This document shows, piece after piece, positions 38,358 to 47,133 of a stretch of DNA of 49,907 nucleotides. Positions within the stretch are counted from its first letter, which is position 1. Each line of letters opens with the position of its first letter. A program made the translations under genes and the position numbers. The stretch comes from an uncultured bacterium (GTDB lineage: Bacteria > Patescibacteriota > Minisyncoccia > Phycocordibacterales > CAIRYW01): contig CAVYBO010000002.1 of NCBI GenBank assembly GCA_963766885.1, positions 241,141-291,047 of the forward strand. Direction: 5' to 3'. A model generated the notes under the pieces. It was not told where the DNA came from and ran no database searches. It saw only the letters and a program-made list of their open reading frames with translations.

Positions 38358-40433
38358 TTATATATCAATCCTTGCCAGTTTAGCGTTGGATTGAATGAAA
38401 GCTTTTCTGGATGGCACGTCATTGCCCATCAGAATTTCTACAATTTTGTCGGCTTCAACAATATCTTCGATTGTCACTCTTTTTAGAACTCTGTTATTTT
38501 TATCCATCGTTGTTTCGGCAAGTTCTTCGGCATTCATTTCTCCTAAACCTTTGTAACGTTGAATGGAAACTTTCTTTTGTTTTTTGCCATCATCCTTTGA
38601 TTCTTGCTCTGCAGTATTTTCACCTTCAACATTTCCCTCTTCCGGATTTTCCTCTCCTTCAGTTACAGAAAGCTTGTTTGATTTTAGGAAATTTTCTTTC
38701 TCTTCTTCAGAATAAAAATAATGCACTTCTTTTCCTAGTTTCAATTTATAAAGCGGCGGCTGGGCCACGTAAATAAATCCAGCTTCTATCAAAGGCCTAA
38801 AGTGCCTGTAAAAAAGTGTTAGAAGCAAAGTTCTGATGTGCGCTCCGTCCACGTCGGCATCTGTAGCAATGATTATTTTGTGATAGCGAAGTTTGGAAAT
38901 ATTAAACACATCACCGATTGCAGTACCTAAAGCGACAACAAGATTTGAAATTTGCTCTGAGGCAAGCATCTTGTCCAAACGAGCTCTTTCGATGTTTAGA
39001 ATCTTTCCTCGGAGAGGCAGGATCGCTTGGGTACGTCTATCGCGACCAGTTTTGGCAGTACCTCCGGCAGAATCTCCTTCTACGATAAAAAGTTCTGATT
39101 CGGATGCGTCCTTGCTTTGGCAGTCTGCAAGCTTGCCTGGCAGTGTCATTCCTTCAAGCGCGCCTTTTCTGAGAATTGAATCCTTGGCAGCTTTGGCAGC
39201 CTTTCTGGCCTTCATAGCAAGAATTACTTTGTTTATGATTAACTTTGCGTCATCAGGATTCTCTTCAAGAAAATTAGAAAATGCATCTCCAAGAACTCCA
39301 GCGACAGCGCCTTGTGCTTCCATACTTCCAAGTTTGGATTTGGTTTGGCCTTCAAATTGAATTTCTGGAAGCTTCACAGAAACCACAGCTGTGATTCCTT
39401 CCAAAACATCGTCGCCAATAAAAGTATCGTCTCCGTCTTTGGTATATCCATTCTTTTTGGCGTAAGTGTTGATTGTCCTTGTCATCGCGGTTTTGAAACC
39501 AGTGATGTGCGTGCCACCTTCTGGGTTGTAAATATTATTCGCAAAGCCGAATATTTTTTGAGAAATATCATCAATATATTGAAGCGAGACTTCAACCACG
39601 GTTTTGCCTTCTTCTTTTTCTACATAAAAAACATTTTTGTGAACAGGCTTTGAAAGCGTGTTATAAAACTTTACTAAAGAAATAAGTCCTCCTTCAAAAT
39701 AAAAACTGACTGATGGAATATCAAGCCCTTCGTCTTTGATGAAAAAATTATCTTCAAGATTTATTTTTCCAGTATATTCTCTGGCATCAACAATGTTTAT
39801 CAAAAGATTTTTTACCAAATAGGCCTGCTGGCGAAGATGGGAAACAATTTTAGCCCAGTCAAAAACAATTCCTTCTTTGAAAATTTCTGCGTCAGGCTTG
39901 AAAGTTGTGATTGTGCCGTGAGCTTTTGAAGTTCCAGTTTTTTTGACTTTGTATAGAGGCTTGCCGATTTTGTATTCCTGAACATATTTTGCTCCATCAC
40001 GGTGAACTTCAACTTTTGTGTTTACAGACAAAGCGTTTACCACAGACGCGCCCACTCCGTGAAGTCCTCCAGAAAATTTGTAGGCGTTGTTATCAAACTT
40101 TCCTCCGGCGTGCAAGACAGTCATGATTGTTTCGAGCGCAGAAACTTTGGTTTTGGAATGCATATCCACAGGAATTCCCGCTCCATCATCCGATATGCGA
40201 ACAAATCCGTCTGGCAAAAGCACCACTTCAATTCTGGAACATCTACCGGCCATTGCTTCGTCTCTGGAGTTGTCAAAAATTTCCCAGATCAAATGATGAA
40301 GTCCATCTGGACCAGTTGTGCCAATATACATTCCAGGACGCCTTCGGACGGCCTCTAGGCCCTCCAAAACGGTAATCTGGTCAGCACCGTATTGCTGCTT
40401 TTTTTCCTTGTTTTTTTCTGCTTCTTTTGCCAT
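38358..40433 (-). CDS. gyrB: DNA gyrase subunit B
   Basis: YGADQITVLEGLEAVRRRPGMYIG, the GHKL ATPase domain, Toprim EGDSAGG and a C-terminal tail. 691 aa. Confidence 0.98.
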   Translation of the reverse strand: MAKEAEKNKEKKQQYGADQITVLEGLEAVRRRPGMYIGTTGPDGLHHLIWEIFDNSRDEAMAGRCSRIEVVLLPDGFVRISDDGAGIPVDMHSKTKVSALETIMTVLHAGGKFDNNAYKFSGGLHGVGASVVNALSVNTKVEVHRDGAKYVQEYKIGKPLYKVKKTGTSKAHGTITTFKPDAEIFKEGIVFDWAKIVSHLRQQAYLVKNLLINIVDAREYTGKINLEDNFFIKDEGLDIPSVSFYFEGGLISLVKFYNTLSKPVHKNVFYVEKEEGKTVVEVSLQYIDDISQKIFGFANNIYNPEGGTHITGFKTAMTRTINTYAKKNGYTKDGDDTFIGDDVLEGITAVVSVKLPEIQFEGQTKSKLGSMEAQGAVAGVLGDAFSNFLEENPDDAKLIINKVILAMKARKAAKAAKDSILRKGALEGMTLPGKLADCQSKDASESELFIVEGDSAGGTAKTGRDRRTQAILPLRGKILNIERARLDKMLASEQISNLVVALGTAIGDVFNISKLRYHKIIIATDADVDGAHIRTLLLTLFYRHFRPLIEAGFIYVAQPPLYKLKLGKEVHYFYSEEEKENFLKSNKLSVTEGEENPEEGNVEGENTAEQESKDDGKKQKKVSIQRYKGLGEMNAEELAETTMDKNNRVLKRVTIEDIVEADKIVEILMGNDVPSRKAFIQSNAKLARIDI

Positions 40434-40533
40434 GTTTTATCAATAAAATAAAAGCCTGTTTAGAGCTTATTTGTCCATAAATTATAGCATTTTTCTACCT
40501 GACCTACCAGCCCAAAATGATTATAAATTAATC

Positions 40534-40575
40534 AAAAACAGAAGACCCTCCGATGCCAGAGCAACGGAGGGTCTT
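40534..40575 (-). terminator. Intrinsic terminator at the 3' end of the ncRNA
   Basis: Perfect 11-bp stem aagaccctccg/cggagggtctt with a 12-nt loop, followed on the minus strand by CUGUUUUU. Confidence 0.7.
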
Positions 40576-41021
40576 AAGATTAACGGAGCATAGCGTGCGG
40601 TTTAGCCTTACGCATTCTTTTGCCGCTTTCGCGACTTATTTATCATGTTGATCATAGATCATCTACCAGGTATTACCACGGCAAACTCCCACTCGACGCG
40701 GGCAACAGGCGAATCACGCAGTTATGTTTGCTTGCGCAAACCAGGAAACCTCTAGGAGAGATTGAAGAATGGGGCCTATCCCCACAAATCACAACTTTCG
40801 TTGCATCTCTTCCTACGTTGAGGTCCTACAACCCCACTTTAATCCTCTAAGATTACATCGTCTCTAAACGAGATCTCTTTCGAGGACATAGACATTTCTG
40901 TCGGTGTGGTTTGGGCTGTTGCTTACAACTTTTCAACGAATAAATTCGTATCGACCAGCTTTTTATAGCCAATCTACAGTCGCGAACAATCGCTTTTGCT
41001 TTATTCCATGGAACTATGCTG
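40534..41021 (-). ncRNA. Large (~0.49 kb) highly structured ncRNA of uncertain family (weak RNase P RNA-like motifs; not assignable by eye)
   Basis: No minus-strand ORF of 60 aa or more across a 640-nt gap. GC is about 45-55% against about 37% in the flanks. Five hairpins carry GNRA loops only when read on the minus strand (plus-strand coordinates 40891-40902, 40875-40884, 40792-40803, 40726-40741, 40622-40635). A long bulged helix pairs 40748-40762 with 40805-40824. Promoter lies at 41028-41055 and the terminator at 40534-40575. Confidence 0.6.
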
Positions 41022-41027
41022 TACTAA

Positions 41028-41055
41028 ATCTTATACCCAACGGACAGCTTGTCAA
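41028..41055 (-). promoter_or_regulatory. Sigma70-like promoter of the large ncRNA
   Basis: Minus strand reads TTGACA (41055-41050), 16-nt spacer, TAAGAT (41033-41028). Located about 20 nt after the pheT stop codon. Confidence 0.5.
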
Positions 41056-41077
41056 ATAGAGTTATGCACCTCAAATT

Positions 41078-43027
41078 CTACCTTACTTTCCAGCCTTCTT
41101 TTGAATTCAAAGCTTCGGTCATTTTGTCCATAATTTCGTTGATTTCTTTGTCTTCAAGAGTTTTTTCAAACGATTGGAAAACAAGCCTGTACGCATAAGA
41201 AGTTTTACCCTCTTTAGAAAACACATCAAACAAATCTTCGCGAATAAGCAAATCACCGCCGTGTTGTTTGATTATTTCAAGTATCTCAGTTTCTTTGTTT
41301 TCACCTGGCACAAAAACAGCAATGTCGCGCACAATAAATGGATAAATAGAAAAAGGCTTAAATTTTGATTCTATTTTTGGAACTTCAAGTGATACGTCTG
41401 AAACATCAGGAAGCAAAGAAACCAAGTAGGTCAAATCAAGTTCTAGAATTCCATCTTTATTATTTATGATTCCAATCTGTTTGGAGCCATGCATAATTAA
41501 TCCGCCAGTATCATCGATTGTACAAACTATATTTAAATTTACACCAAGTTTTTCAAACATTTTGTCACGAACAATTTTGATTTCATCATTTGATTTTTCA
41601 CCTTTGAAGCTCTTGGTTTGAGCAATACCTACGCAAAGCGAAGTATACTCTCCGCTTTTTGGAAAAACTTTACCGATTTCAAAAACTTTTATTCTATCCA
41701 AACCAAGAAGTGGTGCGTTATGCAGATTCATCTTCAGAACCTTTTCGATATTTTCGGAAAGATTTGTGCGAAGAAAGTTTTTATCTGTTGCTATAGACTT
41801 TTCAATTTCCAAATCGCCTTTGTTGGTTAGAGCATACGTTGAAACTTCAGAAAAATTATCTTGGGCAAAAATATCTTTTATTTTTTCAATCCAATAAAAA
41901 CTTTTATTAATTAATGGAGAATTTTTTACCGGCATAAGTAATGTAGCTGGAATTTTGTCATAGCCATATATTCTGCCAACTTCTTCAACAATATCTTCTG
42001 GAATAGTAAGATCTAGTCTTTGTTGAGGAATGCCAAGCAAAAGTTCATCACCATTTTCTTCAACTTTAATTTCTAATCTTTCTAAAATAGAAATTATCTC
42101 TGCTTTTTCAATATTTACTCCAAGAACTTTTTGGATAAATTCTGCTGTAGTAGTAATTTTTACTTGTTCTTGTTTGTGCGGATAAACATCTACAACTTTT
42201 CCAATTTTGACCTCAGAATGATTTGATGCAATAAGCTCGGTCAATTCATTCATTCCATCAATTGCTAATGTTTGCGAAATATTATTTTCAAATCGTTTTG
42301 AAGAATCGTTTTTGATGCCAACTTTTGTGGAAGTCTTTCTGACAGAAACCGGATCAAAATTTGCAGCTTCAAGAATCAAATTTTTTGTATCTTTGGTCAC
42401 CTCTGCGCGCTTGCCCCCTTTGATTCCAGCAATTGCAAGCGCGCCAATGTCATCTGCAATAACAAGCATATTTGAATCAAGCTTAATTTCTCTGTTGTCC
42501 AAAGTGGTTATCGTCTCACCCTCTTTTGCAAGACGAACAACAATTGCTCCTTTGACTTTATCAGCATCAAAAGCATGTATCGGCTCGCCCATATCAAGCA
42601 TTACATAATTGGCAATATCAACCACGCTGTTGATGGATCTTTGCCCCAGAGCTTCTAATTTTTCCTTAATCCAATCCGGAGAATTGCCAATTGAAATATT
42701 TTCTACTCTCCTGCCGATGTATCTTCTGCATAAATTTGAATTGATATTGATTTCAAGAGATTTGGTTTCGGATATTTCAAACTTAGTCTCTGTTTTATCT
42801 TTTTTCTGTAATTTCAAAATAGCTGAAAGTTCGTAAGCAATCCCTTTGTGCGAAAGAGCATAACAAGAACGGTCAGGAAGAATCTTGATATCAAAAATGG
42901 TATCGTTTTCTTTTTGATTCATCTCTTCAATCTCGAACACGCCAAAAGTAAGAGCATCACTCACCTTTTCTGGCGAAGGTAGCGCACTTATGAAATATTT
43001 TTTAAGCCAATCGTAGGAAATTAACAT
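41078..43027 (-). CDS. pheT: Phenylalanine--tRNA ligase beta subunit, shortened (649 aa)
   Basis: N-terminus MLISYDWLKKYF, the B3/4 and B5 regions and a C-terminal FDX-ACB-like domain. The OB-fold tRNA-binding insert usually found near the N-terminus appears to be absent. Confidence 0.9.
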   Translation of the reverse strand: MLISYDWLKKYFISALPSPEKVSDALTFGVFEIEEMNQKENDTIFDIKILPDRSCYALSHKGIAYELSAILKLQKKDKTETKFEISETKSLEININSNLCRRYIGRRVENISIGNSPDWIKEKLEALGQRSINSVVDIANYVMLDMGEPIHAFDADKVKGAIVVRLAKEGETITTLDNREIKLDSNMLVIADDIGALAIAGIKGGKRAEVTKDTKNLILEAANFDPVSVRKTSTKVGIKNDSSKRFENNISQTLAIDGMNELTELIASNHSEVKIGKVVDVYPHKQEQVKITTTAEFIQKVLGVNIEKAEIISILERLEIKVEENGDELLLGIPQQRLDLTIPEDIVEEVGRIYGYDKIPATLLMPVKNSPLINKSFYWIEKIKDIFAQDNFSEVSTYALTNKGDLEIEKSIATDKNFLRTNLSENIEKVLKMNLHNAPLLGLDRIKVFEIGKVFPKSGEYTSLCVGIAQTKSFKGEKSNDEIKIVRDKMFEKLGVNLNIVCTIDDTGGLIMHGSKQIGIINNKDGILELDLTYLVSLLPDVSDVSLEVPKIESKFKPFSIYPFIVRDIAVFVPGENKETEILEIIKQHGGDLLIREDLFDVFSKEGKTSYAYRLVFQSFEKTLEDKEINEIMDKMTEALNSKEGWKVR

Positions 43028-43030
43028 AAA

Positions 43031-43771
43031 TTAAAATTGGTTGATGAGTCTAAGGTCACCCGAATAAAGAAGGCGGACATCGTCGATACCATATTTGAGC
43101 ATAAGCAACCGGTCAAGTCCGAAAGCAAAGGCAAAACCTTTCCATTCTTTCGAATCAACTCCAACATATTTGAAAACATTAGGATGCACCATCCCCGCTC
43201 CCGCCACTTCAAGCCATTTATTCCTCCATTTCATGTCGACTTCAAGGGCTGGTTCAACGAATGGGAAATAGCTCGGCCGAAACCTGATGACAACATTGTC
43301 TCCAAAATATTTCTTGAAAAAATTCTCCAAAGTAAATTTCAAATGCGCCAAGGATACGTTCCTATCTACACATAAAGCTTCAAGCTGATGAAACTGCGCC
43401 TCATGCGTCGCATCGGTCGCTTCGTTTCTAAAAACCTTTCCGGCGGGTACAACAATCCTGAAAGGCGGCTTATGACTTTCCATATATCTGATTTGAACCG
43501 CGGAAGTCTGTGTGCGAAGAAGCTTTTTTTCTTCACCTGCTTTTCCTTTAATCCAAAATGTGTCTTGCATATCCCGCGCAGGATGATCTTTTGGAACATT
43601 CAAGGCGTCAAAATTGTAGTATTCGGTTTCAATTTCCGGTCCGTCCGCAATTTCAAATCCCATTTCACTGAAAATTGCCGCTATTTCACGAATAAGAATA
43701 GTTATTGGGTGCAAATGACCTAAGTTTTTGACTGCTTGTTCGTCTTTCATGAATGTGATTATATCAGGCAA
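43031..43771 (-). CDS. pheS: Phenylalanine--tRNA ligase alpha subunit, catalytic core only (246 aa)
   Basis: HPITILIREI...FDALNVPKDHPARDMQDTFWI and class II motifs. An in-frame stop about 15 codons upstream of the start excludes a long N-terminal arm. Confidence 0.9.
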   Translation of the reverse strand: MPDIITFMKDEQAVKNLGHLHPITILIREIAAIFSEMGFEIADGPEIETEYYNFDALNVPKDHPARDMQDTFWIKGKAGEEKKLLRTQTSAVQIRYMESHKPPFRIVVPAGKVFRNEATDATHEAQFHQLEALCVDRNVSLAHLKFTLENFFKKYFGDNVVIRFRPSYFPFVEPALEVDMKWRNKWLEVAGAGMVHPNVFKYVGVDSKEWKGFAFAFGLDRLLMLKYGIDDVRLLYSGDLRLINQF

Positions 43772-43827
43772 ACTCCCTTCACAAAAGCTAAAAATTGTGT
43801 AGAATTATAGGAAAATCAACAAAATAA

Positions 43828-45060
43828 ATGGATTCTATATTTGCATCAATAAATTACATCTTGATATTCGGCTCGCTTTATTTTGAGGTGTTTTTACTGA
43901 TGTCATTTTTTGAAGGGTCTGATGAAAAAACTCCAACCAGTGATTTTTTACCGATGGTGGACATAATCGTGCCAATTTATAATGAAGAAAAAACAGTTTC
44001 AAAGACATTGAACTCTCTACTTGCTCTGAACTATCCAAAAGAGCGCTACGGAATAATCGTTGTGAATGATGGCTCAACTGATCACAGCTTGGAAGTTGTT
44101 GCAAAATATTCCGAAAGATATCTAGCAGAAAAAAACATTACAGTTTTTTCAAAACCAAACGGCGGCAAGCACACGGCACTCAACCTCGGCATCCAAAATT
44201 CAAAAGCGGAATTTGTCGGTTGTCTTGATGCAGATTCTTTTGTCGATTCAAATGCCCTAAAAATGATTACTCAAAGATTTTCTGACTCGGAGATAATGGC
44301 CGTCACTCCGTCTGTTCACATTGCAAGCACAGACACATTCATGAGAAAAACTCAGAAGGCAGAATATCAGTTTGGAAACTTCAGCAGAAAAGTTCTTGAA
44401 AAAATCGGGGCGATACACATCGCTCCCGGACCATTTTCTTTTTATAGAAAGTCAGTTTTTGAAAAAATTGGAATGTACAGAAAAGCTCACAACACCGAAG
44501 ATATGGAAATGGCGATGCGGATCCAAAAGCACCATATGAAAATTGCCAACGAGCCAAAAGCGATTGTTTACACTACAGGACCGGCAAGTGTCCGAAAACT
44601 ATACAAACAAAGGGTACGCTGGGTAGGCGGATTTATGAGTAATCTGATTGACTACCGCGAGATGGTTTTCAATAAAAATTATGGCGATTTGGGAATGCTT
44701 ATTTTGCCTTTTGCCTTTCTTGGAATTATGGTTGAGATGTTTCTGTTTGCTAAAATGCTTTTCAGCATTGGAAGTAACGCTTGGCTGACGTATCAGAAAA
44801 TTTATTTTGGAGGATTTTTTATCCGCGGCTTTTCTTTTGACTGGTTTTATATAAATACAAGCGCAGCTACAATTCTTGGCATCGCCCTGACTCTTACCAC
44901 AATATTTACAGTCTGGCTTGGAAATAAAATTTCAACCGGCAAATGGAAAATTTCTTACGAAGTTCTTTACTTCCTTACTGTATATATTTTTATTTCCCCT
45001 TTCTGGATTTCAAAAGCAATTTACAACACTATCACTTCCACAGACTCGGCTTGGAGATAA
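43828..45060 (+). CDS. Processive family-2 glycosyltransferase (membrane-embedded polysaccharide synthase type)
   Basis: VNDGSTDHS, the DAD motif CLDADSF, the QxxRW motif QRVRW, and N- and C-terminal TM helices. Confidence 0.85.
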   Translation: MDSIFASINYILIFGSLYFEVFLLMSFFEGSDEKTPTSDFLPMVDIIVPIYNEEKTVSKTLNSLLALNYPKERYGIIVVNDGSTDHSLEVVAKYSERYLAEKNITVFSKPNGGKHTALNLGIQNSKAEFVGCLDADSFVDSNALKMITQRFSDSEIMAVTPSVHIASTDTFMRKTQKAEYQFGNFSRKVLEKIGAIHIAPGPFSFYRKSVFEKIGMYRKAHNTEDMEMAMRIQKHHMKIANEPKAIVYTTGPASVRKLYKQRVRWVGGFMSNLIDYREMVFNKNYGDLGMLILPFAFLGIMVEMFLFAKMLFSIGSNAWLTYQKIYFGGFFIRGFSFDWFYINTSAATILGIALTLTTIFTVWLGNKISTGKWKISYEVLYFLTVYIFISPFWISKAIYNTITSTDSAWR

Positions 45061-45063
45061 AAC

Positions 45064-45774
45064 ATGAGAAAGCTTGACTGGAAAAAATATTTATTGGTTT
45101 TTTTGATTACAGCTTCTATTTTTGGCACAGCTCTGTACATCAGCAACCAGATAAATAACAAGCGTATTGAAGAAATACAATCAATCCAAGACGCGGTATC
45201 AACCGATATTATGTCTTCAGAAACGCAATTTTCTCTGCTCTCAGAGCTTTCTTGCAAAGAAGTGGGCGGTTCCCTGCTTTCTTCCCAAATCGACAGCCTC
45301 GGCCAAAAAATAGATTACAGCGAAAGCACAATCGGTTCAGACCAAAGCCAGATCATTCAGTTAAAAGAGGAGTACGCCCTATTGGAAATCAAAGATTATC
45401 TTTTGATGCGCCAAGTATCGGAGAAATGCGGCAAGCAATTTATGTTTGCCCTATACTTCTATGACCAAAGCAGCAAATGTCCAGACTGCGACAAAGAGTC
45501 CTACGCTCTAACTTATCTTCGGGAAAAATATCCGGACCTTAGAGTTTATTCCTTTGACTACAGCCTCAATCTTTCTGCGGTGCAAACTATGATTCAAATA
45601 TTCAAAGTTGGAAACCAACTGCCGGCAACTGTTATTGGAGACAGTGTTGTAAACGGCTTTAACGACAAAGACGCCCTGGAAAAAACACTTATCGAAGAAT
45701 ACCCAGCAGAGACAAAAGCCGATATGGCGTCAAGTACACAAGCTACTTCCACAGCGACAACTACAAGCAGTTAA
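45064..45774 (+). CDS. Membrane-anchored protein with a CxxC (CPDC) thioredoxin-like region and an S/T-rich tail
   Basis: TM helix YLLVFLITASIFGTALYI and SSKCPDCDKESYALTYL. Starts 4 nt after the GT2 stop codon. Confidence 0.4.
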   Translation: MRKLDWKKYLLVFLITASIFGTALYISNQINNKRIEEIQSIQDAVSTDIMSSETQFSLLSELSCKEVGGSLLSSQIDSLGQKIDYSESTIGSDQSQIIQLKEEYALLEIKDYLLMRQVSEKCGKQFMFALYFYDQSSKCPDCDKESYALTYLREKYPDLRVYSFDYSLNLSAVQTMIQIFKVGNQLPATVIGDSVVNGFNDKDALEKTLIEEYPAETKADMASSTQATSTATTTSS

Positions 45775-46631
45775 TACTCTCTAAGAAAACTCCAAAACTG
45801 AAGCCAAGTTTTGTTTACAGCTTCTGGAAAAAGAATGCTGATATTTTTATTATTCGCTTTTGCCCACATTGCAATTGCTTGAACAACACGATGATCTTTT
45901 GAAGAAATTTCTTCTCCTTTCTTTGCTTGTTCCAAAACTTTTTCCATTTCTTCAATCCTATTGCTTTCATGACCCTTTAAGCTAGGCCAAAGTTTTTCGC
46001 CTTTTTCTTTTGTAATAAAATCAAAAGTATATGCAAAACAATAGTCTTCAGCTTGTTCTGGTATAAATTCTACATTTTCTTTGTTTCTGATTTTTATATA
46101 AGCAAGAGCTTGGTTTAATATAGTTTCATCATATCTAGGCTCCCAAGATTTATTCTGATGTCTTTGAGTCTTCCAATAATCAACAGCTTCATAGGTTAAT
46201 TTTAGTTTATAGGGAGCATTCGGAAGCCTTTCTTTGTCTCCAAGTAAAACCTCTGCACTAGACCATTGAGAGGTATTGTTATCAAGTTTTAATAATTCTT
46301 CTTGGGACAAATTTATAATATTCGGATCATTTGTAATCGGACGATTTTTTAAAGTGGCGTGTATTACAAATTCCTTATTTAGATTTAGCTTCCAAGAAAC
46401 AAATTTTAAATACCTGTATAAAGTACCAGATTCTCCAACATCCAGTGGTGTATTTTTATTCCAATCTTTAGAAATTCTTTTCAGTGCATTTAAATCATCA
46501 CCAAGATTTTCTTGATTATCCAAAAATCTAGAAATATCATCGTATCCATTTATCAAATCTAAAATACCCATTCGTATAATCCACGATTTATCCAAGGGTA
46601 GAAAACCTTTTTTAATTAATTCTTCTTTCAC
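45771..46631 (-). CDS. Shortened EPSP-synthase/enolpyruvyl-transferase-like protein (286 aa)
   Basis: Three motifs resemble EPSP synthase blocks: VGESGTLYRYL (cf. LGNAGTAMRPL), KGHESNRIEEM (cf. KESDRI) and SKDHRVVQAIAM (cf. DHRxAM). About 140 aa shorter than canonical enzymes and very AT-rich. Confidence 0.45.
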   Translation of the reverse strand: MKEELIKKGFLPLDKSWIIRMGILDLINGYDDISRFLDNQENLGDDLNALKRISKDWNKNTPLDVGESGTLYRYLKFVSWKLNLNKEFVIHATLKNRPITNDPNIINLSQEELLKLDNNTSQWSSAEVLLGDKERLPNAPYKLKLTYEAVDYWKTQRHQNKSWEPRYDETILNQALAYIKIRNKENVEFIPEQAEDYCFAYTFDFITKEKGEKLWPSLKGHESNRIEEMEKVLEQAKKGEEISSKDHRVVQAIAMWAKANNKNISILFPEAVNKTWLQFWSFLREY

Positions 46632-46646
46632 AGAGATATTATAACT

Positions 46647-46722
46647 TGGAGCCGCCTCCCGGGCTTGAACCGGGGACCCACAGTTTACAAAACTGTTGCT
46701 CTACCAACTGAGCTAAGGCGGC
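46647..46722 (-). tRNA. tRNA-Thr (anticodon UGU), CCA encoded
   Basis: Minus-strand GCCGCCTTAGCTCAGTTGGTAGAGCAACAGTTTTGTAAACTGTGGGTCCCCGGTTCAAGCCCGGGAGGCGGCTCCA. All four arms are canonical. Confidence 0.92.
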
Positions 46723-46736
46723 TTATTTATCTATAC

Positions 46737-47132
46737 TTATTTTTTACTGTTCTTCTTTGTCGTGACCGTATCTGTACTTGCCGTGCTAATTGACTTCAAA
46801 AATCCTGAAGCAGGCTTGGTCTGTTCTGGAATATCTGTGCCCTTAGCCACCTCCACAATGTGTGCAATTTTTGGATAAACCATTTTCTTGATTTTTCTGG
46901 AAGTATCAACGGAAATAATAACAACAAAATGATAGAAGTTCCTAGCCACTTTGACTGGAAGCTCTCGAAAAAGAATTTTTGAAGCTATATAGAACTTTTC
47001 AAGAAACAAATCCCATGATACAGGAAAACTTATAAACGCGACTTCTCCGTTCTGAGACCCCAATCTATTTGCAATGAGAAAAACTGACCCGATTAAAGAA
47101 ATAAGAAAAATAATAATTGCTGAGAGGAACAT
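46737..47132 (-). CDS. Hypothetical membrane protein
   Basis: Start taken at MFLSAIII (47132), 1 nt after the tsf stop codon. One N-terminal TM helix and no recognised motif. Confidence 0.4.
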   Translation of the reverse strand: MFLSAIIIFLISLIGSVFLIANRLGSQNGEVAFISFPVSWDLFLEKFYIASKILFRELPVKVARNFYHFVVIISVDTSRKIKKMVYPKIAHIVEVAKGTDIPEQTKPASGFLKSISTASTDTVTTKKNSKK

Positions 47133-47133
47133 T

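Noticed and set aside
40590-40720. Plus-strand reading of the ncRNA as RNase P RNA, based on CGGCAAACUCCCACUCGACGCGGGCAAC resembling a conserved GGUAAAC..CC block
   Set aside because: On the plus strand all five tetraloops become UUUC/UUGC. No GAGGAAAGUCC-like element exists. The terminator would sit at the 5' end. The resemblance probably reflects the partial self-complementarity of such motifs.
40620-40850. 76-aa plus-strand ORF in the pheT-gyrB gap
   Set aside because: It lies antisense to a region whose hairpins carry GNRA loops only on the minus strand. It has an alternative start, no RBS and no motif. The region is better explained as a structured RNA.
40508-40918. Perfect 9-bp long-range complement (cagcccaaa / tttgggctg), first taken as a closing P1 helix of a ~410-nt RNA
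   Set aside because: One 9-bp complement within about 600 nt is roughly what chance predicts. The 3' partner on the minus strand would also lie beyond the terminator U-run. It is not used as evidence.
40534-41021. Assignment of the large ncRNA as tmRNA or SRP RNA
   Set aside because: There is no GGGG...CCACCA tRNA-like pairing of the ends, no T-arm, and no tag reading frame ending in hydrophobic residues. There is also no SRP domain IV GGAA/AGCA-type motif.
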